From assembly GCA_905331295.1 (NCBI GenBank), contig CAJNYD010000057.1, positions 62,001-126,000 on the forward strand: a stretch of 64,000 nt of DNA, given 5' to 3'. The notes below the pieces were generated by a model. That model saw nothing but the letters and a program-made list of their open reading frames with translations. It ran no database searches and had not been told where the DNA came from. The position numbers and the translations under genes are program-made. The DNA is from Rotaria socialis. Its lineage: Eukaryota. Of this stretch, positions 25,724 through 40,310 are shown in pieces. Numbering within the stretch: the stretch's first letter is position 1; each line of letters begins with the position of its first letter.

Positions 25724-28700
25724 CTATGAGGACGGTGAATTAGCTTCAATATTTCCGTCCTCTGCTTGTTCTTGTTCTTCGTTGTCTTCATCATCATCAT
25801 CTTCATTTTGTTCCCTATCACTTTCGTCATCATTTATATTTGCCATTATCTGTTCTTCATCAGATACTGATGTCGATGATGATGATGACGATGATGATCG
25901 TGCTATTCGTACTCTGCGACGTGTCGTAGGTCGAGTATCAAAATTGTCATCTGATTTATCCATTGAGTCATTTGTTGATGCTGGACTTAATCGACGAACA
26001 CGTTTTGGACGTCCTTGATTTCTGGTTGATACTTCATAATCACTTTCGTCATCATCTTCAATTTCAGCTTCTTCTTCTTCTTCTTCTTCTTCTTCTTCTT
26101 CTTCCTCATCTTCATCTTCTTCAATTTCTCGATAATTTTTACGTACAGCTATCGAAATAGAAAAAAATTGCTATTCTAGTAGGAGTTTACATAGTAGAAA
26201 TGAAAATTTTGGTCTTCCTAACGTGAAAAGAAAAGTCGAATTGATTTCGAAGTATTAAAATTTTCTATGAAAAAATATTCCTTATGAAACAAATAATCTC
26301 ATCGTAATGAACACGATTGAGGAGGAGTCCTTTCACAAAAAATAGATTCTTACTTCGACGTGTTTCATTATATTTTTTTGGTTGTGGTCGTGATCGTTGT
26401 TCTCGTGTTTTTATCGTAACTTGTCTACGTGTTTGTATTCGTCTTGTTGACTGATGTGCTTCATTATTAACACCCGTTCTACAACTATTACACATCCATG
26501 TTGTTGATCTTGGTGGACATCGTAATGGGGGCTCATGACATTGACAATGAAATAAACTTCGACATTGTATACATTGTATTAATTCATTATTATCACTTGT
26601 TTCGCCAGAACAAACGCAACATAAATATTCTTCGTTTGATTCATCATTATTATTACTTTGTTCGCTATTTATATCCAATAAATCTTGATTATTATCATGA
26701 CTACTTAAATTTGATGTTGTATCAGCATCCACATCGTATATATCTGTGTCATAATAATTAGGTTTTGTTTTTGTTTGTTCTTGTTTTTGATTCCGCCGTC
26801 TTGATGTTGACTGTGGACGACATGCTGGACAATACCATAAATCATTGTTAGAATTTTTCGTATCATATGTTGTATAATCACGTAAACATTCTAAATGATA
26901 ACCTAGACAACATTGATCACATACAATAATATATTCATCTTTGTTTTTCTTTCGACATATTTTGCATTTGAGTCCGACTGTTGATTTGTTCCATGCGATT
27001 GAATTTTCAAATATCATCATTAGTATATATAAACGTGAATAAGTTTTACATGTTCGACAATCATTCATCCATATTTGTAGACTCTGTGGATTTGCTGTCG
27101 ACGATTTAGCAGCGGAGAATTTCTTTTTCGATGAAGTTTTTGCATTTTTAAATTGATTTTCATAGATACCGAATATTCCCGATGCAAATTTATCGGGTAC
27201 ACTTTGTTGTAATTGTATAAGTAATTCAGCTAAATCTATACGTTCTGTTGATTGTTTTAGTTTTGTTTGCCATTCAACAAGATTATCATTAATAATAAAA
27301 CCACCCAAGGAACCAAGACGCAAACGTGTTTCCATATCTTCGATATCATTTTTAAATGATAAGATAATATCATTGGACTGTTGTGGTTGTTGTTGATCAT
27401 TAGATGTTTCAGCATTTGCAGTAGTTTCTTCAGATGGATTTTCAGCTGAAAATTTCTCTTTTTTTATTTGCTCGAATTCTGCATGCAAAACTGGCAAAAT
27501 CTTTTTAATATTTGCTAATAAATTATGTTCACGAATACCACGATCATTTAATGAATGAACTAATTGATCAATAAGTTTTTCATTATCATATGTCCACCAT
27601 TGATTTGCTTCATGTTTTGGAATTAATTTTTCACCGTTGATCATCGACGATGAACGAGATGTATCTTGAGATGAAGAAGATTGAGCACAATAAATTACTT
27701 CAGAACCAATCCAACCTATGGAGAAAACCATGAAGATATTGGTGATGTTAGTTATTTTTCTTAGCTCTTCGGGCGAGAATCAAACCTACCTCTTTCAACA
27801 AATAGACCAGCGTGACCTTTAAAAAACCAATATCGATTATAATTTCGATCAAAACCTAACGATTTAATTCGGAAGCCAAATTGAAGATTAAGTAGAGCAT
27901 CCTATATTGAACAATAAAACAAATCGATTATTAAAAACAAATTGATTGACAAAAGTACCTGATATGCCTGTTCAGCACGTTGTATAGCTAATTCTCGCTT
28001 TTGTTCATTGTGAATTTTTTGTGCTTCAAGTTCACGTTTTTCTTTTAATTCTTTTGACATGGCAACCATTTGCCTGCGTCGTTGTGTAACAGTTTTAAGA
28101 TCGTCGTCACTTTCCGCGTTATCGTCATATATTGTTGACGGTGACGATTGATGATTTTCATCATTGGCTGTTCCAATACTATTCTTTGGTGTCAATAATT
28201 GTCCAATTTTATTTTGTTTTTTAGGCGAAACTTTTCCATTTTCACCGTTTTGCAATTGTAACTTCTTCTGTTTACTATCTTCTTCTTGAGCTTTACGACG
28301 TTCAGCTAGTAATTGATTACGCTCACGATATGTTTCAGACATTGTACGTGTTAAATATTCAAAATAATCAGACATGATTTCATTATTAGTTGTTATTATA
28401 TTTACTAATAATAAGAGAAGATCGATCTAAATTTTTGAAAAAATCGACATGACTATATTTTATATAGATATTTTAAATGCTATGTGATAGTTTTTACAGA
28501 ATTAAGTCTAGACTTATTTTGATCTTGTGACTCATTCGATGGCTTCTATTCACGTAATGAACTTTGACTTGCGGAGAGAGAGGGCGGAACCGGAAAAACA
28601 GAATCAGAATTAAAATCCGCTTACTTGATCGGAAATTGAAAAATCTTTTGTTTCAGCAATGGCTAATTTTTCTAAAATAGTTCTATAATTTTCATTCTTT

Positions 28701-31700
28701 TCTTTTAATAAATATAAACGTGTTAATTCTTGACATGTAAATGGTGTTAATGGTATATCAGTTAATTTCGTGTCATAAGTTTGTTCAATATCTTCATCGA
28801 TTACAATTGGTTCTGTATGATTTATTTCCATATCGTGTTGATCAGAAGTCAATTGTTGTTGTTGTTGTTGTTTATCATCATCATCATTTGTATTTGTATC
28901 ATCATTATTTGAACGATTTTCGTCTTCTTTAAACAATAATTTGACTAATATTTGTAAAAATTCAATAAAATAATTAAAAAACGTTGTTGTTGATGATGTT
29001 TTATAAGCTTCTAATAGATAGTCATGCCGAAATGAACGTAAAAATTGTTGCGTTGCTTTCGATAAATCATCGGTTAGCGATGATGAACATAATGAATGAC
29101 ACGATGTAAAAAATGTACATACAACAAGTAGATCACCAACATAATGTGCTGGTATCGATGTTAATGATTCGATTCGTTTTGGTGATGGTAGAACTTTTGA
29201 AGTAAGTAAATCTAAATCTTCACATGATTTTGGTTCAGATTGTTTTTGTTTTTGTTTGGTTTGAAGAAATACTTTTTTTTCTTGTTCAGTCATCTCTGAT
29301 AGACGTCGTTTTAATTCCAGTTCTTCATATTTACTCTGAATTAATGAACGATATTCATCAGGTAATCGTAAACGTTGTTTATCATTTAATGTGCGTGCAC
29401 AATGTAATACGAGACGATGAAAGACTCTCGAGTCTACACCACGATCACGACGTGTTTTATCTAATTTTTGTAGTAGAGCATAAGGTACAGCTATGCTATA
29501 TGTTTTTACAGATGTTGATGGAGATTTTTGTAATAATTGATTATTCGTACTATTATTATTGTTGGAATTTTTAGCAAATTTCATATCATGTAATGTCAGT
29601 TGTTTTTTAGTTTTCGTAGGTGTCTTTTGTTTCGTTGGAGTTTTTTGTTTAGATGGTGATCGAGATTTTCTTGTCGGTGATGGATTTGTTTGAGAGAATT
29701 TTCTTGGTGTTGTTGGCACTGATTTTACTCTTTTCTTTGGACTTTTTTTGGATTTATTTTCATCATCAGATAGTACTATTTGAATGTCATCAAGATGACC
29801 ATTGTGAGATGAAGCTATGTAGACAAATTACAAATCATCTTTAGATTAGATAACAATATTTTATTGTTTCGATTATTAGATTTTGTATGGAATGGATCAT
29901 TAAATCGAGGGCATGAGTGCAATTACTAACAATTGTCGATTGATTTCAAGGACGGCGTATTTATCAGAATAGACTCGTTCATTAAATAAGTATGTTAGCA
30001 TGTACTTAATATACTGAGCAGCTGATCAATCAACTGTAACTACGCATTTCTATTTCGTTCGAAAAGAGAATCAATCATGATGGAATCACAAAAAATGAAA
30101 GTTTTATGTGAATTCAATTAAAAATTGTAATGAGGAAATTTTCTATAAGGCAATCGTTACTTCGAGAAGGACGTAGAATAAGAAGTTTGAACAAACACAG
30201 AAATGGTTTCTAAGAAAAGAAAATATCTCGCGGCGGAAACATGTATTTTTCAATTTTAAATGGATTTCGTCTTGTTAGAATAAAAATACATCGATATAAA
30301 TGATTATTTTGATAACATGAGTAAACTGATACCGATAATAGATACTCAATCAGAATTCGGTCAAGTGTTTTCTAATGAAACTTAGATTTTTATTACGTTG
30401 AGCACTCATTGATTTTCTGAATAGTACGTCATGATCACGATAAGTTTAGATCTCACTACTATATTGAAAGAATTTTTTTTCAATTTTGAAGCTAACTTAC
30501 AATTGGTATGATTTTCATTGGAATTTTTATTTGGACTTGATTGAGCCTCTTGTTCTTCAGTTTGCTTACGTAAAATACGTTCTTGCTCGCGAATAATTTC
30601 CTAGAACATTAAAAGAGATAAATTTTCATCTATCTGAATCATCAAAAATATTTAGTTGTTTTCTATTTACATCTAATGTAATGGTCATTGTTTTTTTATA
30701 TTCGTCAATAGTTTCTGATGGTATTCGTTCTTTAATTTCGTATTTGCCTTTAATTAAATCATCATAGAATATCCATGGACTATCTGCTCGATTGCCAAGA
30801 CGAAATGCATATGAGCGAATAAATGTTTTCAATTTTTCACGATTAGGTATTAAACTACTTCGCCTAGAATAAAATGCAAAGATTTATTTTGGTTCAATGC
30901 CTGTATTTTAAATATTTACTGTAATTCATTCGGTTGCACATTACTAAGTACACGATCTTCATCGGATAATCGAACGGCATATTTGACATTTTTCATTGGC
31001 TAATTTTCATCAAGAAAAATATATAGAAAAAAAAACGAGCCAGTACGGATTCTATTTACTTTATCTGATATTAGTCTTGCTTGAGCAGATGCACGTTCTG
31101 AAGTTCGTTTGCGTTGATCATCATTTTCTTCAATTCGTTCAATTGTACCTTTCACGCTATTTATTTTCGGAAAAAACAAGAATCAAATTATTGCAGTTAG
31201 GATGCACAAGAGAAAAAGTTATTCTTACACATTAGTATCTTTTCGTTTCTTAAATTGAACTGGTTCACTAATAACAAAACTTTGGCTAAAAGAAAAAAAA
31301 AGATTTTTACAGTTCTAAAATGAAATGATATAAATTTTTACCCAAGTACAATTGATGCTTCTTCAGCCAATTTTTCCAAAGGTTTAACACCTATTCAAAT
31401 AAGAATTTTATTTGTTTCAATAAAAACAACAACCTATCAACTACTTACTATGATATACAATATCGAAAATAATTTTATGATAATAGCTAGGTACAATAGC
31501 TGATAATGATTTTCTTGTTTCAATTTCTGATTGAGAAGCATCTTTATGTGTTAAACCTGCTCTCCATGTACATTCGCATGTCCATCGATCTAATTCATAG
31601 ACTTTTTTTACGTTTTCATATAGTTTCTGACTATGAAATTTCTCTCCAGTATGTTCAATAGTATAAATTTGTTCTTGTTCAGTATTATCTTTTACATCAT

Positions 31701-31740
31701 CTTCATTAAGATGAAACAATCGTCGACCGTAAAGAGGCAT
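25724..31740 (-). CDS. BAZ1/ACF1/WSTF-like ISWI-complex subunit (WAC, DDT, WHIM/WSD, two PHD fingers)
   Basis: WAC start MPLYGRRLF...YELDRWTCECTWRAGLTHKDA. DDT-like IPAHYVGDLLVVCTFF. LGFDRNYNRYWFF and LNDRGIREHNL. Two C4HC3 PHD fingers. Acidic tail. Confidence 0.88.
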
Positions 31741-32597
31741 TCAGACACAGAAAAAAAACAAAGAAAAACACATGAAATTATTTAATACCGATTATCTAAA
31801 AGATAAAATAAATGTGAAATATGTTTGATTGTTATTACATTTATTAGAATCGTTCAATGTTTCTTTTTTCTCTGTATGTACTAATATTTTTCGTGATACA
31901 AAAAACTACTAGAACTAGATAATGAACAAAAAAAAATTGAAAACCGGATAGTATATAAGCACTTAGACAAAAATAATATTAAGAATAAAGGATTTTGGAA
32001 TAGAACGAATAGACACAAACAAAGCAGATAACTTATCTTCCCGAAACGGCGAAATTCTATTCTACATACATAAGCAGTAAAACGTATTGTTTCGTCAATA
32101 AATAATAAAAACTAAAATTAAGAATTCATTATAGACACTCACGCACACATACAAATAAAAATATATACGACGCGCAACAAGAAAATGGGTTACTGTAAAT
32201 AATACTGAACGAAAGACTTTTTAAATTAATCTTTCTATATATATATATATATAATTTTTTTTTGTTTTTTTCTATTCCGATTAAAAAAAGCGAGAAAAAA
32301 ATAAACTGGTTTTGTTATGCTAAAAGAATGATTTGGATAAAATAAAATTTGTTTCTTACGTACAGAAGAAAAAAGTGCCCCATTACGACATTTACAATGC
32401 AACGTGTTCTTTACTGTACACATACAAGCGCACACCGGGCTCTTTTTAAGAGTCAAAAAGGATCAATTTGTCTATGTGTTTGACAAAGGAGAAGGATAAA
32501 AAGAAGATGAAGCTAAAACTACCAAAATTATTATAATATCATTTTGCTTATGAATTTATAATAATTCTATAATTGTTTATAAATAAATGTGATCTTA

Positions 32598-34291
32598 TTA
32601 TTTATTTTCACTAAGATTGCTGTGCGGAACTGGTGATTTATCTTCATTATCAGTATTTAATGGAGAATTATCTTCTGCTAATACATCACTGTTACGTTCT
32701 TTTTCCATTGCAATAATAAATTCATTAATATTATCGCGAAAATAAGGCCATGATTTTTCTGGTATTGTTATAGCTGCTCGTAAATTGGCACGAACCTAGT
32801 TTATTGAATAAAGATATTTAACATATATTAATTTGAAAATTCGATTTTTATTTACTTCAGATATACGTAAAAATACGCCGCGATTATTTGAACCAGTATC
32901 AAAATAAAAGTTTTTGTTTCCAACATGCACAAATTTACTTTTAGGTAATTTAGATGCTTCTAAAAAATAAATGAAGTTATTTTATATTTCATAGAAAAAA
33001 AAACAAATGGTGAAATTCTTATTTGAACAGATAAAATCTTCCATCTTCGCCGTTTCTCAAAAAGTATACTTGGTATGGCTCTGTTTTTTCATAGGTGATC
33101 ATATTAACAAATAGCAACCTTATATTAAATTATTGTTTATTTGACTTACCTATTGCTGGTAGTGACTCGATACTATCTAAAAAAAAGAATAAGAAAATGA
33201 ACTGAAGTACGACAAAATACTATTAGCCCCATCTTTATGTATGAAATACATTTTATTTGACAGAATTTCATGAAGTCACTACATTTTTAGGTGCTCGAAT
33301 TTAAATCAAATATTTATCTTACTTATTTAATCATATACATATATATCTATAAATATATGCATCTAATATCCAATAGAAATAATTTGAAAAAATGAAATTT
33401 TCATTTGGTTATTTTATTTATCACTCAAAAATCGATATCCCATCCGTTTTCAAAGGAAAAACTGCTCGATTATAGATGTCGCCTTTTCACAATATCTTAC
33501 CTTTGTCATCTTCATTTCCGAACTCTTCAATTAAATTACTTAACGTATTTCGTAATTCTTCTACACCTTGCGCAGGTAATGCAATTTGCGTACGGGGTGA
33601 ATTGATGCCAACCATTGAAATCTAGATTTAAAATAAAATTTCATAAGAAGCGTTGTTATTCAAAAACAACAGAAAAACTACAATGACAATTTTCACTTAC
33701 ACGCAGAAATCTTCCACGTTCATTTTCTTTCAAATCGAGATAATATTTTCGATCATCACGCGTTATAAGTGCTGAACGAAGACGACCCTCATCTGGTAAT
33801 TGCTGATTATTAGGATTATGTTCACCTGACATATAAATGATTGGATAAAATAAAATAATTAATAAATTTCTTTTTTGTTGTTGTGTTACCTAATGTACGA
33901 ATGTGTTCATTAAACGCTTCTAAATGGTCACGTAATTCGCTTGCAACATTCATTGACATTAATATACGACTTTTTCGACCTCCAGCACTAACCTAATTGG
34001 AAATAAAAACTATTTTGAAATGAACATTTTCATAATCGTTTTACTTCAGCAATTTTAATAAATCGACCACGTCGATTTTGTTTCACATCCAAATAGAATC
34101 GTTTTGATTGGATATGAAGCGTTCTAGTTGCTAGCTCTTCTTCACCGGCTGACGCGCCTATAGATAAAAGATTCTTTTCAATAAGACAAAAACAAATAGC
34201 TTTCTTAAAGAAAAAAACAACTTTGCTGTGATTGCTGCATTCGATCAGGATAATTATTGCGTGGTTGCATATTAAATCCTCCTTCTGCCAT
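32598..34291 (-). CDS. PURA: Transcriptional activator Pur-alpha/beta family protein (three PUR repeats), multi-exon
   Basis: PUR repeat motifs [48 protein letters not shown] and [21 protein letters not shown]. Start MAEGGFNMQ at 34291. Confidence 0.93.
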
Positions 34292-34961
34292 CGGGAGTGT
34301 TGAAATAATTGTTTAAAAATAAAATAGATTTGACGCGAACCCTTTGGAGTTTTCAAAACGCCGAAACCACACTCTCACGAACACTCCCAAATATTGGCGT
34401 CTTATCGCCGGTAGATGATACTTAATTCTCGGCGATCTGAAAATATAGAAAGTAAATAATTGTTTGTGTTCTTTTTTTCTCGTGCGGTAGAGCAAGAAGC
34501 ACTCGCAACACCTACACACCCACTAACTAAGCAAGTAACCATTTCTCTCACCACTGAAATAATACTCATTTTTCTCGTTCTTTTTTTCTCTTATTTAGTT
34601 CGTTCTGTTCCAGCTGAAACAAGAATCATTCATATATATTATCAAATGATTGGTTCATAGAGGTCATTTAGACAGGCATTATGGTGCTTGTTTATTTTTC
34701 TTAATGAAACAAATGAACGTAAATTTATTTGACAATAGGATATATTCGATATATTTTCATTGCAGATTTAAATATATTTTTTACTATAAATTCATAAGCG
34801 ACATCTTTATCATTTACTTTTTTCTCATTGTTTTGTTTTAGTTAATGTTGTCAAGTGTATCTTGTTGTTATTATTGTCGTTTTTTCTCTTACTACTATCT
34901 TCTTTTTGTTTTATAGATTTCTTGTGTGTAGGAGTTTATAACTATTCATTCGTAAGATTGA

Positions 34962-35661
<700 letters not shown>

Positions 35662-36940
35662 TTTTCACCAAGACTGTACCATTGATCATTATATATTACA
35701 AAAAAAAATTTTCTTTTGTTTTTATGTTTGTCATCGTTGTTGTACGCATGTATGCTATTTTTGTTTGGTCATCTTACTCTGCTCTTTTTTTTTGTTTTAA
35801 AACTATCTACTATTCAACACAAAAAATTTCACTTGTCTTCTTTTTTTGTCACAAACACACACACATATATACTCGGGTATATATAGACAAGCATACTATA
35901 CTTGGGGCTAATCAATTTTTTTCTCTTTCTCGTCGATGTCAACTTTTTTCTTTTTTTTGATTTGCACTGGTAATTTTCTCTTTCGCGGTTTTTTGAATCA
36001 TTTCATATTCAGGTTTTCAGTCGAAGATCTATCTTTGAGAAGGATTTACATAAACATATATTTCTATGAAGCACATTGTTTTCTTTCGCTGCTTGTATGT
36101 TGTTGCTACGTATATCTTGGGTACGAATGAAAATGCATATACACGAAGAAATGTAAAAGTAAATTATTCACGAACAATTATGTGTATAAATGTGTTCGAA
36201 AAAGGAAGAGCGATGAGACAAACATTGTTCGTGTATTTTTTATGTTGGCTTTTTTCCTAAATAATTGTGTGTATGTGCGTGTGTGCGCGTTTTTTTGCTG
36301 GTTCCACACAGTTTCACTTGTTCCCTCTTGATATCCGTCTTTTTTTCTTTTTCTTTTTTTTTCGTATAAACAAAAAATGACATGAAATTCATTCAATAAT
36401 TAAGATTTTTGATTGTACGTTAAACATGAATCACCCCTTTAATTGGTTTACATATGTGTCAAAGTAGAACATTCCTACTCAATTGTAAGAACAATAACAA
36501 ACAATCTACTTGAACATGATGAACACTGAAAAGGAACAGGCAGACAGTTAGATTGTTAAAAAAGGAAAGAAAACTGTTAATCAATTAGCAATTCCCGTGC
36601 GTCTTTCCCAGTTTTTGACAAACTCTAGTTACTCATTCAATTCGTACAACGTGGAAAGTATATGCAGAGAATAGATAAGAATGGATCACTTGAGTTATTT
36701 TTCTCTTTTTTTGCTGTGGATGATGATGACGCCGAAGACTTAGACTCTAACACTGCCCGTTGTTATTCATCCGCTAAACGAGAAAAAAGAAGGAAAAATA
36801 TGAATGAGCAAAGACTCTCGAGCAAAAAAATGAAGGACGAAAGAAAAATGCAAAGCCCCAATTCGCTAGATCCGTCTCATTTCACTGTCGGCACTACCAG
36901 TCGATCTGCTACTAGCTAGTCATTCCCGCGAACTGACACA

Positions 36941-37842
36941 ATGGCAAGTGGCGGAGCAGTAAGTCTTTTTTTTTTTACATGAAAGTTATATTCATATGTA
37001 TCACTGTGATATATTACTGTTAGGAGAACACAAATGAGTCTATTACATATGAAAAAGACGGTAAGCATATATTTTGTTATTATTATTTTTTTTTCTGCTT
37101 ATGAAAGATAATAATATTTATTTTGCGTCGTCATAAAATTATTAAGATGCGCCATTAAAAGCAATTATTGAAACAACACTTACTTATTCACTGATAAGTG
37201 GAATATTTCAACAACAAAATAACGTAAATTATAATTATCCTATCATCGATTTAGATTCATTCATAGTATATCCTATGATTATCTTCGACTTTAATAGGAT
37301 GGATCTTTTTCACCAACAGCTCAATTAGAAGAATTATTTAATGTTAGCTTTGAACAGATGAAACATGACTTGAGTTCAAAAGGTTTAGCTTCATCAAGTA
37401 TGTGCAAGCTGAAAGTCCTGCTTTTTTTCTTGATTTTCATTTTTTCCCTCTGATTATTTAGTTTCAGATGAAATCTATCGACTAGTATCAACAGCTGCTA
37501 TTCTTTTCTATTTTTTATATCATAGCCAAAAAACAAATTTTCCTGTCGATCTTGATGCTATCAAACAATTTGTATCTAAAGCACGAACCGAATTAGAAGA
37601 TGTAAGTAGAATATTTTAAATTCGCTGTTTTATTATTCTTTTGTTTTCTATTCTATTAGTTTTCATCGAAAGATGATCCTATCATGCACACATATATTGA
37701 TAATGGTGAATTAGCTGTGAAATATGTTATTGAAACACGTGAAAAATATGCCGATATTTGTAAACAAATAAATTTACCAGAAACAACTTGGGAAAATTAT
37801 ATTCAACGTTTAATGGGCCTAGATAAGCCACAGCAGCAATAG
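36941..37842 (+). CDS. 184-aa protein resembling the PARP4/vPARP C-terminal MVP-interaction domain (exons 36941-36958, 37024-37060, 37147-37223, 37298-37397, 37462-37601, 37660-37842)
   Basis: Six exons with canonical GT-AG and consistent phases total 555 nt. Motifs QQNNDGSF.PT.QL..LFN, LSSKGLAS, IYRLVSTAAIL and KYADICKQINL..TTWENYIQRLMGL. Confidence 0.8.
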
Positions 37843-39846
37843 ACAATACCATGTTCTTGCTTCTTTTTTTTGTATGTGTGTGTGTGTATTTGCTTGTATT
37901 TGTTGGAGTGTAAATGGCACTATGTAAGTAGTAGAAAATCAACTATTTCGAGTGAAGAAAAAAACAAAATAAATGTTACTCATTAGCATATCATCATAAT
38001 AAACAAAACAAAACAAAACAAATATTAGCTAATACGGACTAATGATACAGATATTGCTTGACATATGTGTATATAATATTAGTCATAACAATCTAGGCCT
38101 AATCTATTATTCTAATAGAAATTCTGTTAAATGAGAAATGTCTATAAAAAATTGATTATCGAAACTCTCGCTTCTATAGAAGCGAATGACGTGATGGTAT
38201 GACTTCAAAATCTGATTATTTGATTTTCTTTTAGTTTATATGTCTATCGAGATTTTAATTATGAAATAATAGAGATTATGACGTGTAGCAAATATGAATT
38301 CGATTTACAATAACGATTAACAAGGACTAGTTTTTGTTCTTATTATTCAAATGTTAACGAAAAAAAAAAGAAAAATATATGAGACTATATTTTTTATTAT
38401 TCTTTCGCCATCTGTTGCTGTTAATTACAATGATAGTATGAAATGTTCTTGAAAAAAAACACAGTATTTGGAATATTAGAAATTAATTTTATATTGCTAT
38501 TCTGTGAAGAATATAAAACCTGTGATCATCATATATGGTTAATAGTGTGAAGTCCTATAATTCTATTTACTAGTAAATATTTTGTATCCAGGCATATTTT
38601 ATTAAGTAAAATTAAATTAACAAAACGGAGTAAACTGATGCATATAATTGATATCCATCGCGAAATAGATTTTATGCTCGATCATAAATAAATAATAAGA
38701 CAAGAAGGTTTTCATTAATCAGAGTGTTCAACGTTTGTAAAGAGAAAGCCGAATATATTCTGCATCTGTTAATCGAAAAAAAAGAATTTTTAATTCCTTT
38801 TAGTGATGTAATTCTATTCTCTTGGGACAACTAATAGTCATTTTCACGTTTATCAAGACTGAATTCTATTTTCTCGAAAAATAGTGAGACAGTTATTGAT
38901 GATGAATGTAGCAACATGTAACTAATGAAAAGTCGTAACATATAATTGATTTATATGGAAATATTTAAAAACAAATCCATCATATATGCTTGTCGAAAGT
39001 TAAAAAGCATCGCTATCGCAATGATTTAAAACACTGATTACTTTTATGTTCTTCGCTATCATAAAGAGCCAGTAAATAATATGGTTGCAATTTTTTTTTG
39101 CGTTAAAAGAACTACATAAATTAACTGATGAAACTTACAATGGATTTGTACGAGTGAAGAAATTCATATTTTTGATTCGTTAAAATCTACTGTTATTCAT
39201 GTCGAAGTCGCAAATGAGTTTCCTCAACATCATCGTTGTGATCGCTTCGTCTACATGTGTTTCAATAAATATACGGGCGTTTTTCTTGTGCCTAATAAAT
39301 TCAATGTATGTTGACCTTGCAGCATCCTTCTATTCTTAGTATAACATTTACTTTTCATCATTCAATCATCAACTCATGTCACGTCTGTCGTTCGATTTCA
39401 CAGAAGACAAACTGTCAAGTGGATCTTTCATTGAAGAAGAAGAAAAAAGATCATTGGTTTCATTTACATGAGTTTACCTTTTTCTATGCATATGAAATGT
39501 CTTATACTAATAATATTTCAAGCAAGCGGAATAATGTTTTCCGACAAGACTATTACGAGGAATTTTCATCTTCTCGCAAATTCATCAATGGTTAAAATAA
39601 ATAGCATTTGTTTATTCAAGAGATCTAACTTCAAGTACATCATGCACGCAAGAGTAAAGAAGGTTTTATTAAGAATATTATAATAGCTTGCATTGTATTG
39701 CTTCGTCACTGCAATTTTTTGTCAACTAGAAATTTCAATGAAAGATTGTATGAATGAAATTCTTGTATATAGTTTTGTCATATGTCAGTTACTTGAAGTA
39801 TCGTAGGCTCGATTGACGAGAGAAGCCCACCAGCTGGTCAATCTCG

Positions 39847-40310
39847 TATGCATCATGTAGACTCTAATGAGCTATGAAGACTTTGAAAAGACTGGCAACT
39901 TTTTTCGAGAATACTACAAGTTTAACATATTTTTTGCTCATGAAATACGGTTGTGTCTCTGGGGAACGTGAATTAGAAAGCTTTTTGAATTCTGATTCAA
40001 GGCTAAAAGGAAATATTTTACTTTGAAAATTGCAAATCTTTTCCTTATTTCTATTACGGGAAAAAGAAACATCACACCTATGAGATATACGTACTATCAG
40101 AGACATGAATTGAGAATAGGAACAACAAAACTCATAAAGGTACTTTTTGTGTAAATAGTTTTTAATTGAAATTCTCGAATCATTTTTCTTTGTAATTCTC
40201 ACTATTCAAAAGAAATATTATATAAGTCGAGTAACCCCTGAAGTAGTGAGCTACCAGCTCGAAGTCTGCCTCAGAATATTTATAGCTCATTAGGATCTGC
40301 ATGACGTATA
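39847..40310. mobile_element. Decayed non-autonomous TIR element
   Basis: About 47-bp imperfect inverted repeats at 39847-39893 and 40263-40310 (core ctaatgagctat / atagctcattag). Confidence 0.5.

Noticed and set aside
26067..26120. (TTC)n repeat and antisense poly-Leu/poly-Ser ORFs
   Set aside because: This is the poly-Glu tract of the BAZ1-like gene on the opposite strand.
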